Source: Amoebidium appalachense (Eukaryota > Protista > Ichthyosporea). Taken from it: 64,000 bases of DNA. Below, one piece after another: positions 52,828 through 64,000 of this stretch. The stretch is from assembly GCA_963693365.1 (NCBI GenBank), contig CAVNZM010000011.1, positions 3,019,098 to 3,083,097 of the forward strand, in the 5' to 3' direction. Numbering within the stretch: position 1 is the first letter of the stretch; every line of letters starts with the position of its first letter. Under the pieces are notes generated by a model that worked only from the letters and a program-made list of their open reading frames with translations, did no database searches and was not told where the DNA came from. The position numbers and the translations under genes were made by a program.

Positions 52828-53120
52828 TCAGTGTGATGCCACATTTATCGCCTCTCGTGTTTGATAAGTGTAAATACCCGTTTTTTGCGTGGATGCATAT
52901 TGATTCTGTGTTGACCTAAGCTTGGCCTGCCAAATTCTTCGAAGTAAGATAGTGCAAACTTTATATAATGTTGATATGTTTTGGGGTGACCGTCTGTGAA
53001 ATGCATGTATGACATGATAATAGGGTCAGTGTGTGGGTGGGTGGTGCGTTGTTGTATGTGTGTGTGTGTCAGTGTGTGTCCGTTTGAGCCTCAGTGTGTG
53101 TGTGTGTGTGTGTGTGGTGT

Positions 53121-53169
<49 letters not shown>

Positions 53170-53819
53170 CGGCGAATGTGTCTCGTTTCTTCCTGTTTTT
53201 CCCTCAGTCTTTCTAAGCTTGTGATCGAAGATATCTGTATGTATAGACGTGTACTGTAGAAAGTAGTAATTGCTGCAGATTCCATTGTGTGCTTCTTTAG
53301 AAGTCGATAAGTAAGAAGTTTAACTCTTTAACACCTGCTCTAACAACTTATTCGAGATCTGCGTGTGCATCCGTGAGCTTGGCAGACGTGTACGGGCACC
53401 CTTTCAGTGTCAATATTGATCTTTTAACGAGTTTTTAACTCTTTCAGGGTACAACTATACTGTATTTAAGTAAGCATAACCCAGAAGTTCAACAATATCA
53501 AAGCAATATTTATTCAAGGTCGGTTTTCAGAACATGACTAATATGATTTTTGGGACTGGTGATGGTAGTCAAATGTGGGGATGGGGGGGGGGGGGGGGGG
53601 GGGGGGGGATCACTTCTTTCTGAATTCACTCTGAGCTCTGAAGACTGTTATCTGAACCAATAAAAGTAAAGATTTACAAACTAAAATAGGAGCACATCCA
53701 CCAATCAAATCCTGCTGCGTCACGATAGTACTTGGTCATAGAATACCAGCTAACTCACGGGGCCAAAGTCCCTGCAGCTGCCGGATGGCCGCCATGTCAA
53801 GTTTCCGGACACCCACACA

Positions 53820-53897
<78 letters not shown>

Positions 53898-54548
53898 CAC
53901 TGAGGCACAGAAGCACTATGAGCACACACACACTGTGACACACACACGTGACAAACACACACACACACACGTGGCACACACACACACCTATCAGCCGTTC
54001 ACACGCGTGCGCACGTGCACAAGTTAAATGAGACTCGGACAACACACACTCCAACTATAGATCTAGCTCTCTCTCTTATCCCCCCCCCCCCCCCCCCCCC
54101 CCTCCCCCTGTTCCCCCTGGCTCAGTTCTTTCTTCTCTTCTTCCTCTCTCAACTTCCTCTACCTCTTCTCTGAGACTCCTCAGGCCTCACTCTCTCTTTT
54201 CTCTCCTCCCCCCGGGGGCCCCCTCTCTCTCTCCTCTCTCTCTGTCTCTACCTCGCTCTCGCGATCACTCGCTATCTCCGAGCTCCCTCCCCCATCCCCT
54301 CTCTCTCTCAGTGGGCAGTGCGGGTGTCTCTCTCTCCCTTCCCCCCCCCCACCCACCCAACCGCCCACATTCCTACACTCAACCATACTCCTACAACGTA
54401 TACATGGTTTCTCTGTCTCTCCATCTGATTCTGAGTGTCTCAGAGAGAGTCTCTCTCAGTCTCTGAAAGTCCTCTCTCGGAGCCCCCCCCCCCCCCCCTC
54501 CCCCCCCCCCCTCCTCTCCCCCCCCTCCCCCCCACCCACCCACCCATT

Positions 54549-54598
<50 letters not shown>

Positions 54599-54649
54599 CT
54601 CTCTTTCTCCGACTGTGAGTTCCTAGGTCTCCCTTTTTCTCTCTAGCTA

Positions 54650-55110
<461 letters not shown>

Positions 55111-57405
55111 TCCGGGCCCCCAGTGATCCCCCTCCCTCCCGGCCCGTCACGGCGACTGATCATCATGGCCGTGGATCCAGCAGGTTCCCCAAATGACATG
55201 TACATATGATAAATATATCTCGGTCCTCTTCCCTCCACAGAGTCCACACATGCTCAAGTTGAAAGGTTTGCTCAGGTGTCAACTGCGGGGGCTCACCCAG
55301 CACCCACCCATACGTGCGCAGTTTACGTGAGCCTGCGTGAGCCTGCCGCGAGGCGGGCCTCGAAGCGGCTTGCGCGCATGCACATGCATGCATGGCACGC
55401 CGTGGCGTTCCGGCCGTGGGGCAATGCATGGTGCTCGACGAGAATGAAGTGTGATTTTATGAGTTTCAGCCTTCAGGGAGCCAAAAATGGACGGTCTTTG
55501 GCAGTCTGGCCGGGAAGTCACATGCCAGTCATGAATATCAGTCTAGAACAACTGCATGCCCACTACAGCACAAATACCATTGTGCATCTCGTTCGCATGG
55601 GTATATTCCTTGTTTCATGGCGTTAGTAAGCAGTGCCTCCTAGATACAACTACAGTACAGTAGTACGTCTTGGTCGTAGTTCTCACACTTCTCTGAACAT
55701 GATCTATGACGCACACGGAACAGAAAACCGAATACCAAACATTTTTCGAAGCATTCCTGTAGCCGACGATCCGCTATCATCCAATCAATTGCGGCTATGG
55801 ATCTTTCAGGCGAGCCATCTGAGGCCCATCTCCACTAATCACAAGATGCTAATTCTACTGGCGTCAATATCCCGCGCTAGATTCAGAGGTGCCAAGAAAA
55901 AGCATGCAAAACAATACTCTAAGAAAGGCTTTGTTGATTTATTTATCTACATGCACATTTATAAAATAAAAGCACAAACTTCTGCATATGCTCTAAGTTT
56001 AGGCTGCACATCTTCATTGATCTCATCTACAGAGGCGCTCACTGCCTGCCGACTCCGGGATCATGGGTGCATTCCATAGATAAAATGCAGGGTTATAAAG
56101 ATCACATATTTCAACCCATACATTGCAGGAGATATTCATTCATGCGTGGGTGTCAGCTCACTCATTTTTAATAAATCTGACTTAATTTATTTATTCAGCA
56201 TGGTATTCCACCACATAATGGCACGTCACCCTGCTCCTGCGCGGTATGGGCTTGAATTCATTCGTGTTTAGTATTACACACCTCGGACAGGAGTGCATAC
56301 TACCGACATACCATGCATACCATAGCGACGGCATGTCTTTAAGCACAGCCACTTCGGAATCATAATCAACCCGGCCTCCTACCCCTCCCACCACCCATCA
56401 CCCCAAATATCACCACCATCACCATGTGCATGCAAAGTGCATATTACACATCAGGTTCACATGTATATTGAAATGCTTCCATGCAACATACGTCGGCGCA
56501 CATGCATGCAATATACACAGCCTACACACTGTAGTAAAGTGCTCAGTCTGTGCGTGGGCTTCAGTCAGTACGTCACATGGGCTATTTAGTACATCACACA
56601 GGTACGTGTGGAAATGACGCGCACACATTCCTTGTCGAATGCTGCTGGCCCATCTGGGGAGCACACCTAGTACGTGATGACGTAGGCACGTACAAAGCTG
56701 CACACATCTTGTCGATGGGCCTCAGAATCCCACACCCGTCCTGCCACTCACTACACGCGTACTGACGTACCTTTGCATCATAACTGAGTTCATATAAATT
56801 TGTTGGGTAAAAACCGTTCGGAAAGAAATATGTGCACTACTCCGATGGGAATATTCAATGTTGAATTGCAGAACAAGCACCATTCACCACGTTGATAGTT
56901 TATGTCACTCACTGTATCCTCCTCCTGTGATCTCAAACAGTCAAACATCCGACCTAACTCCGACCGCGGTGGGGTTGCCCCAGTGGTAAACTTACAAGTA
57001 TTTGTTTGCTGTCTAAAGAAATACCAAAGACAGGACCTGGTATGTAATTACACAGCTGCCGTGAGGCTCTGGCGTGTAAACTTCGTTCGTTGCACCGTGG
57101 CCTCTTCATCGGGACATTTTCTTCGTATTAGAGTTTTTCTCCAAAGAGAACAGGGATTATCACACACATTTTCACTCGAAAGCTGGCAAGCATTCACAAA
57201 ACAACATTTTAGAGTATACTACAGTAATACAGTGTAAGGCTGCATGATAGAGTCACCTGGCCCTTAATGAAGCCAAGCCACCTGTTTGACACATCCAGCC
57301 TACACGTCCTAAATTAGGGCGCATAATTTCATCACCGAGACACGATTATAATAGAAACCTACATCCAAGCTGAAGTATACTAGTGCCACTTAGCAGCATT
57401 TGAGT

Positions 57406-58596
57406 ATGGCTGGTTGCTATGCGATTTCTCCAAAACAGCTCTTTCGCTCCAAGGACGAATACAAACATCGTAAACCCAACCCACCCACACCTACGCCCGC
57501 TCTACTCTTGTCGGATGGTACCAAGACCCCTGCCTATTCATCCGAAGGGAAAATGTCTGTCCTGGGACAAAGCAGCAGCTTTGGGAGCCTACCGAGCTTC
57601 CACATTGGGACATTTGGGTTTAACCACAACCCAAAGTCGAAGATCACGCGATCCGATACGGCGCTGCACATGCTTCCGCCAATCAGCATCGACTCTACAT
57701 CTCCATATATGGAAAGGCCCCAAACAAAACGGTCCACGGCAGCCTTCATCCGTACGGTCACCGAATGTGCAAAGTCACTCCGACCCCAAAACAGGAAAAC
57801 GACAAGAATCCCAGAAACTACCACGAATGTTAACCCTCACTCGTATTTGTTCTCCGACGCAACACGCATGTCGAATGTGGAAAATCCGAATGTTCTTTTT
57901 GATGTCGCAAGTTGCCTTGACGAACATCTAATCTACCCCATGGCCACACCCCCTCCGAAGAATGAAAGCAGCAACACTTCCTCCCCACCCCCAACATCCG
58001 AAAAAACGAACGAGCTATCCCGTGTTCTGTATGACCTGCATACCTTCCTATTACGGGAAAGTTGCGACGAGCTACTCGATTTCCTTACCCTCGTTCGGAT
58101 ATTTCACGAATTCCCGTCCTCGAAAATGGCGACCGAGATATTCCGTGATTTTTTGATCGAAGGTTCTCCCCGCCAGGTGAACCTCGACCATTCATTGGTT
58201 CAGGATGTCATCGATTTCATGATTTCTGGCCAATTGGATGCCTGCATTTTCGACATTTGCGCCGCGCGTGTTGTAGAATTGTTGCAGACCAACAGCCTCC
58301 CTAGGTTTTTGGCCGAAACCGCAGGTGCAGGCCGGGTGGACAGGCCCTCGAAATTGCAGACGAAAGGGGGGTTTATGCTGAATTTCTGGCGGGAGAAGCC
58401 AGGGAAGGGAGGGAACGCGAGTTGTGAGGCAGCCAGCCCGCACTTGACGAATGAGAAGAAGAATATTCAAGAATTGCAGCACGGAATTTCCGGTTTTACA
58501 TTGCCGATGCAAAAGAAAAAAACGTGTTGTTCGCCTAATTTGGGCTGTGCTGGAACACAGGCTCAGCGTTTTTGTCTTTTCGCAATAGTTCTTTAA
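57406..58596 (+). CDS. Regulator of G-protein signalling (RGS) domain protein, apparently intronless
   Basis: RGS signature FLLRESCDELLDFL...ATEIFRDFLIEGSPRQVNLD...IFDICAARVVELLQTNSLPRFL. The first in-frame ATG is at 57406 (the track's 57400 start is TTG). The ATG at 57553 has better context (AAAATGT). Confidence 0.85.
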   Translation: MAGCYAISPKQLFRSKDEYKHRKPNPPTPTPALLLSDGTKTPAYSSEGKMSVLGQSSSFGSLPSFHIGTFGFNHNPKSKITRSDTALHMLPPISIDSTSPYMERPQTKRSTAAFIRTVTECAKSLRPQNRKTTRIPETTTNVNPHSYLFSDATRMSNVENPNVLFDVASCLDEHLIYPMATPPPKNESSNTSSPPPTSEKTNELSRVLYDLHTFLLRESCDELLDFLTLVRIFHEFPSSKMATEIFRDFLIEGSPRQVNLDHSLVQDVIDFMISGQLDACIFDICAARVVELLQTNSLPRFLAETAGAGRVDRPSKLQTKGGFMLNFWREKPGKGGNASCEAASPHLTNEKKNIQELQHGISGFTLPMQKKKTCCSPNLGCAGTQAQRFCLFAIVL

Positions 58597-59257
58597 TATT
58601 TGACCACATGACTCGAAACCCCAATTTTTTAAGGCTCCAATAGTGAACATGTTAACTTTGGAAGCTCTTCTACAGTACTCTTTCAGCCTTTGTTTTTTGT
58701 TTTTTGAGGGGGGCTGGGGGGGGGGGGGGGGGGGGGGCTCATCTAAAGAAACCCTTAACTGTCATATTAACCGCTGTATTTTTTTACATGTTCCGCTAGT
58801 ATAGGCGATAAAAGGTCTTAAGTGTACAGACGGGTCATAGCATCTGTGTTGTACATATTGATTTCATGTACAGGGAAACCGGAAATGAAAAATATTTTCC
58901 CGTAGTAACTATCGATTTTCTCTCGTCCGCCTATCAAGTCCTAGTTTTAGCGAGCATAAAGTTTTGAGACCTGTTCTAATAATATACACAAATGAGAGCC
59001 TACCGCGCCTGAGTGGCACTGTGTGTATGTGCCGGTCTGGATCCATATGTGGTGTGTGCGGTGTACGTGGGTGGGTATCTGTGTCTGGTGAAAGGACGGA
59101 GGTTTGGGGGGGGGGGGGGGGGGGAGGGGGGGGGGAAGGGGCAGATGTGGGTTATAATAGACCAGTATGCCATAAGAGACCATTACGGTAGTCTATAGTC
59201 TTAGAGTATGTAATCTTTTAGAGCAACAAACCATGATACTCAGCCCGCGTGACCCCC

Positions 59258-59302
<45 letters not shown>

Positions 59303-59757
59303 AAAAAAAAACGAAAAAGAAAAAGGGCCCTCTATGCACCACATTCCACAGATCATTTTCTTCCAACCTGAGGTCATCGGAACATGAACATGAAGACGGT
59401 CTTCTCATTGTCCTTCCTTTTCGCTCGGTGACTAATACAGGGGCACCCCAACTTTCACGCGCTTTTCGATCTAACCCCTCGTCCCCCCCAACCCCCCCAA
59501 CGGTTGTGACAGACACACGCACACACATTTGATTTTTGGTGGTTGATTGCAGCACTAGTGCACAGTGTGTGTACGTGTGTGTGTGGGGGTGTGTGTGTGT
59601 ACACGGTATGTGTGTGTGTGTGTGTTTGTACCGGCATGTGTGTATGTGCTTGTGTGTGTGCTTGTGTGAGTGTGTTTGTGTGCTGTGTGTGTGTGTGTGT
59701 GTGTGTGTGTGTTCGTGTGTGTGTGTGTATCTGTGTGTGTGTGTGTGTGTGTGTGGC

Positions 59758-59854
<97 letters not shown>

Positions 59855-61286
59855 TTGTGTGTGCACGCGCACACATCGGCTATCCGATGATGAAGGGTAG
59901 GCAGTCCAGGAGGAAAAGGAGGCGAGTGGCCATGGAAGGGGAGGGGAGCCTCGCGGTGGGGGGAAGGGAGGGGGGGGGGGGGAGGGGGGGGGAGGAGGGA
60001 CAGGGGAGGGGGAGGGGGAAGGGGGGTAACACGTGGACAAAACATACAAAGCCGATAGAAAAATACTCTCACTGACTGTAATGAAGTGTGTGGGCACAAT
60101 TATCCATTTCAAACAAATTAATCATCAAGAGCAGAAGATAATACTTGAAGCTCTCCATGGCCACTGTGTGCTGTCACATGTTTAAACACGCTGGGGCGTT
60201 GACCTTTAAAAAGAGAAGAGGAAGTTTAAAGAAGGCCGGTGGGGATGGGGAAAAGTTAGGTGCTCCTTAAATTGGTGGTGGGGGGGGGGGAGGGGGGGGG
60301 GGGGGGGGGGAGGGGGAGGGGGGGGGGGGGGGGGGGAAGGGGTGGGCCAGGTGGGAGGGGAGGGAAGGGGCCGGGTGGGGGGAGGGTGGGGTTGGGGGGG
60401 GGGAGGGGAGGGGGGGGGGAGGAGGGGGGGGGGGGGGGGGTCCGGATCCGTAATTCTTTTTGTATCACTCTGTTGGGTTAAATCTCACATCACGGTACCA
60501 AGTCACATGGAACGGCAGATATTAAGTAGAACTATCTAGGGGTTTGCAGAAAACGGTACAAATTGAACGGCCGTGACTTTTGCAATCATGGGGATCTATT
60601 ATACTGTAAGGGCAAAACCCGTGTGCAGGGAACTTTGTGTATTAGCCACTGTGTAGTGCATGTATATGAAGCAGCAAAGCAAAATGCAAAGCTTTCGAGC
60701 GCATAAAAACAACAGAACCTGGTATGTATTCAGTGGCCTCGACTTCAAAACATCGATGGGAAGACATCATGAGATCATGAAGTCTAGAAGCAAGAAGAAA
60801 AACACACTTTACGGACGTTTGGGTGGCTTGACCGGTAAGGTGTACGTGTCTATGTGGGTGTGTGTGTGTTTAAAAAAAACCCAAAAACAAAAAACAAACT
60901 GGAAACCCAACTAATTCGTTTTCCTCTTAGTTTATACGGTGCTTCATAGAGTAAGAAAATCCTGACATAATAATCACCCGACGTCTATGTACCTGTCCAT
61001 AATACTACACTGAGGGGATATACCAAGCAAACCTCCCCAATATCTGTCTAATCCGTCCATATGTACATGAGACTGGTCTCTCTGAGGGCCTCGAGTAAAC
61101 AGCGTAAACCCCAACATCATAGGCATACGTTGTGGGGGAGGACCATGTTTGTAACGACTCGGAGGCAGGCACAAATACTACGAGAATGATAGCATGATAG
61201 CGTGATCATTCAGTATTGCTGGTGGTGGTTGGGGGACTCGGAGGAGGGCCTCGGGGGGAGGAGCCAAGAAGGCCCTGGCAGGGAGG

Positions 61287-61396
<110 letters not shown>

Positions 61397-62422
61397 ACGA
61401 ACGTCGGCAGGGAGTGGGTCGGGGGGGGGGGGGGGGGGGGGGAGGGGGGAAGGGGATAGGGAGGCCGAGGCGGGGGGGATCAAGATGATAGATGGAGGCC
61501 TGTAAGTTAACCCTGGGGTTTAGGTAGCTAGATTGCAGGTAAATGTTTGGCCCCATGTGCCCCCGGTTACCCTCCCTCATGGCTATTGAAAATTTCTCAC
61601 ACCGCCGGATTTCGCACTTCCCATCTTCGAATTGAATTTCTGGATGCTTGCAAACATACTCTTTCAAAATTGGGGATACACAAACACCAAGCGTACATAC
61701 ACACATGCACTTGTTGCAACCCACGTGTGGGTACAGTTAGTTTGCAACTTGCTAACGTGTAGTTCTCGAGGCCAAACAATCAACACACCACCCGAGCCGC
61801 AGACTCCATGTTTTTATGTTTTCTTTTGAACCAATCAATGGTCTCCTTTAATGCTCTTCGAGGCACCGGGGTGGGTTTATACTCACCACCCATGTTTCCT
61901 CGCTATTTTGGTATCCCTTCAACATTGACAGTTACAGAATTGCAGCCTTCTAGTACGGTACGGTACCATATTCCAGATAAATAAATAACTAACGGGTTGT
62001 GGATGAATTTAATGTGACACGGCGTAATCCGTGTTGTCTTGTTGTGACTCGCTAGTGCTTGCTAACTTAGGTTAACTATGTACAGTTGAACACGTGTGTT
62101 GGTAAATGTATGTATTATATTTAACTAAAGCAATATAGATCGACCCCCCCCCCCCCCCCCCTCCCCCCCCCCCCCCCGCCCTTGCTCTCCACACGCACCA
62201 ATACTTCGCTTTGACCCCCCCCCCCCCCTCCCCTTCCCCGCCAAAAAAAAACAAAACAAAAAACAAAAATACATTGCTTTCCCTCCATCAAACAAAGATG
62301 CCCACAAAAAATAAAAAGCACGCAAGAGAAGACACAACACAACTGTTATATTTGAAATCATTTAGTAATATTTACACCATGACTTACGTGGCTGTATGCA
62401 CATCAACATTCCACTATATGCA

Positions 62423-63301
62423 TCATGCCAACAATCTCCTTTGGGCCAGTGCAGGCACCCTGTCATAGTACCTCTCGAGCGCATGCTTGCTTGCACCCCT
62501 CAGCTTCTTATTGGCCACGCCACCAATCCCAAATGCGGGGAATATTCTTCCCATCCTCGCAAACATCGTCTTTGTGTATTCCGCACGCAAAAACCCCGCT
62601 CTCTGACTGAAATTTGACGACGGGTTATTGTAGAGATCCAACCCAATCAGATGGAAGGGGGTGGAGAAAACTTGGAGGGCACACGGAGTGATTAGCTGAG
62701 CAACCACATCGCCAGTAGATTTGCTCAAATTCCAATCTCTCTGCAATCTTGCCGATACGACTGGGGGGATCGTGAAGCTTGCTGCAATCGTTATCGAATC
62801 GCGGAACGCAAAAAGTCCGTACGACAATTTCGGAAACGGGCGTGGATCACCTTTTCCAAACATGCGGGCAAACGCCTTGTCTTTCATGATCGAGAGCGTG
62901 ATATTTGCCGAGGATGAACCGACGAATTTGGGAAACGCCGAAGGCTGCCCCTTGCGATTCCACATGCTCTCGACCGAATTAGCGACAATGTAGGTGCCCC
63001 CATAGACCCCCCAAATCATCAAAAATGAAGGTTGGCGGAAGAAGTACGACGGCCGTTTAAGGAGGGTTAGAAGGCCCGACTTTAACCCTTCCATGAGTGG
63101 TTGTGTGCCGCTTGCATTAGCAATAATCGACTTATCAACAATCGAAACGAGGGGGGCAACCAACCCAGCAGCGACAATTGCAGACAGCCATTCGGAGGTG
63201 TAGTGGGCACAAGCCGGAATGGTGGGTGTGCCTTCTGTTAGTGGTGGTGCAGTGGGATGTGTATGTGAGTGGTGTGTGTGTGAAAGCGTGAGTTGGGCCA
63301 T
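62423..63301 (-). CDS. Conserved mitochondrial-carrier-like membrane protein of unknown function, intronless, 292 aa
   Basis: Clean ORF with several Gly/Ala-rich hydrophobic helices and Pro-kinked motifs (APLVSIVDKSII, LFAFRDSITIAASF, STPFHLIGLDLYN, ARMGRIFPAFGIGGVAN). It matches, from memory, an uncharacterised fungal/protist family. The carrier-fold assignment is inference. Confidence 0.8.
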   Translation of the reverse strand: MAQLTLSHTHHSHTHPTAPPLTEGTPTIPACAHYTSEWLSAIVAAGLVAPLVSIVDKSIIANASGTQPLMEGLKSGLLTLLKRPSYFFRQPSFLMIWGVYGGTYIVANSVESMWNRKGQPSAFPKFVGSSSANITLSIMKDKAFARMFGKGDPRPFPKLSYGLFAFRDSITIAASFTIPPVVSARLQRDWNLSKSTGDVVAQLITPCALQVFSTPFHLIGLDLYNNPSSNFSQRAGFLRAEYTKTMFARMGRIFPAFGIGGVANKKLRGASKHALERYYDRVPALAQRRLLA

Positions 63302-64000
63302 TTTTGCTTGCTGTTATAGCCTGAGTGGCGACCTGATTCCGTGAACTGTTCTAATAAGTAACTTATTAGTGCAAGCTCTGCCGTTCAAAAAAGGGCTCAT
63401 GTCCTGCCTCTCTGAGACAGCTGCAATGCATAATATTCCTGGTTGGTATGAATTGAAAGAGTTTCGCGGCCCCAATTCGCCTACCGTAGTTTCCATAACT
63501 ACACACTACCTAATACTAATCATAATCATGATGATAACTAACTCTAGGTATAATTCCACAGCCCCTTTCCCTGGTGGGTCGGCTTTGGAAACGTTCAGTT
63601 CAAGTTTGAAGAATGCACACATGTGACTTGAAGTTGTCATGTGTACACGCCTATTACGCATAATGGGGGTCTGGTACGTCCGCGCATAAGGTCCCCAGTG
63701 TACAGGAATGTGGGTAAAGACTTATCAAAAAACATGAGAAATACGGATATTTATTACAATCTCGATCAACGTTTTTTGCCTAATAAGTGATATAGGTGAG
63801 AGAACAGAAATCTTTTTATGTTATGCACTACGGGAAAAGTAGCAGCCATCTTTCTTATAAACAATCTTATAAATGGATCGTATTGAAATCTTATAAATGA
63901 AATCGTCACAATGATTGATCGTATTGACCGATGATAGTGTTCACGGTGGAGGAGTGCAAATGCTTTCTGTGACACCCTAGACATTCCCACTTCCGGGGGC

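Overview
Eukaryotic genomic DNA, rich in microsatellites and C/G homopolymers. The content suggests a unicellular opisthokont or other protist, but the taxon cannot be proven from this window. Almost all of the supplied ORF track is repeat noise. Reading splice sites by hand gives, left to right: (1) the 5' half of an apparently intact LINE on the minus strand (ORF1 416-1600; APE-endonuclease ORF2 starting at 423 and running off the window); (2) an ATGAT/ATCAT minisatellite; (3) a 5-exon, minus-strand tyrosine-recombinase gene of Crypton-like type with a disrupted 3' end (about 5748-12584), whose last intron holds a young non-autonomous 2.7-kb LTR element (6407-9097); (4) a palindrome-rich divergent spacer; (5) a 10-exon, 998-aa FUSC/ALMT-like transporter (13931-23749); (6) an intronless CAMK-group kinase (30137-31132); (7) a 25-exon, 734-aa kinase-START fusion gene (34341-52637); (8) an intronless RGS protein; (9) an intronless mitochondrial-carrier-like protein. 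The most notable signals are the spliced recombinase locus, the kinase-START architecture, and a strand-polarised intron pattern: C-runs just after donors and (CA)n running into the acceptor AG. Gene models were assembled by eye and have no transcript support.
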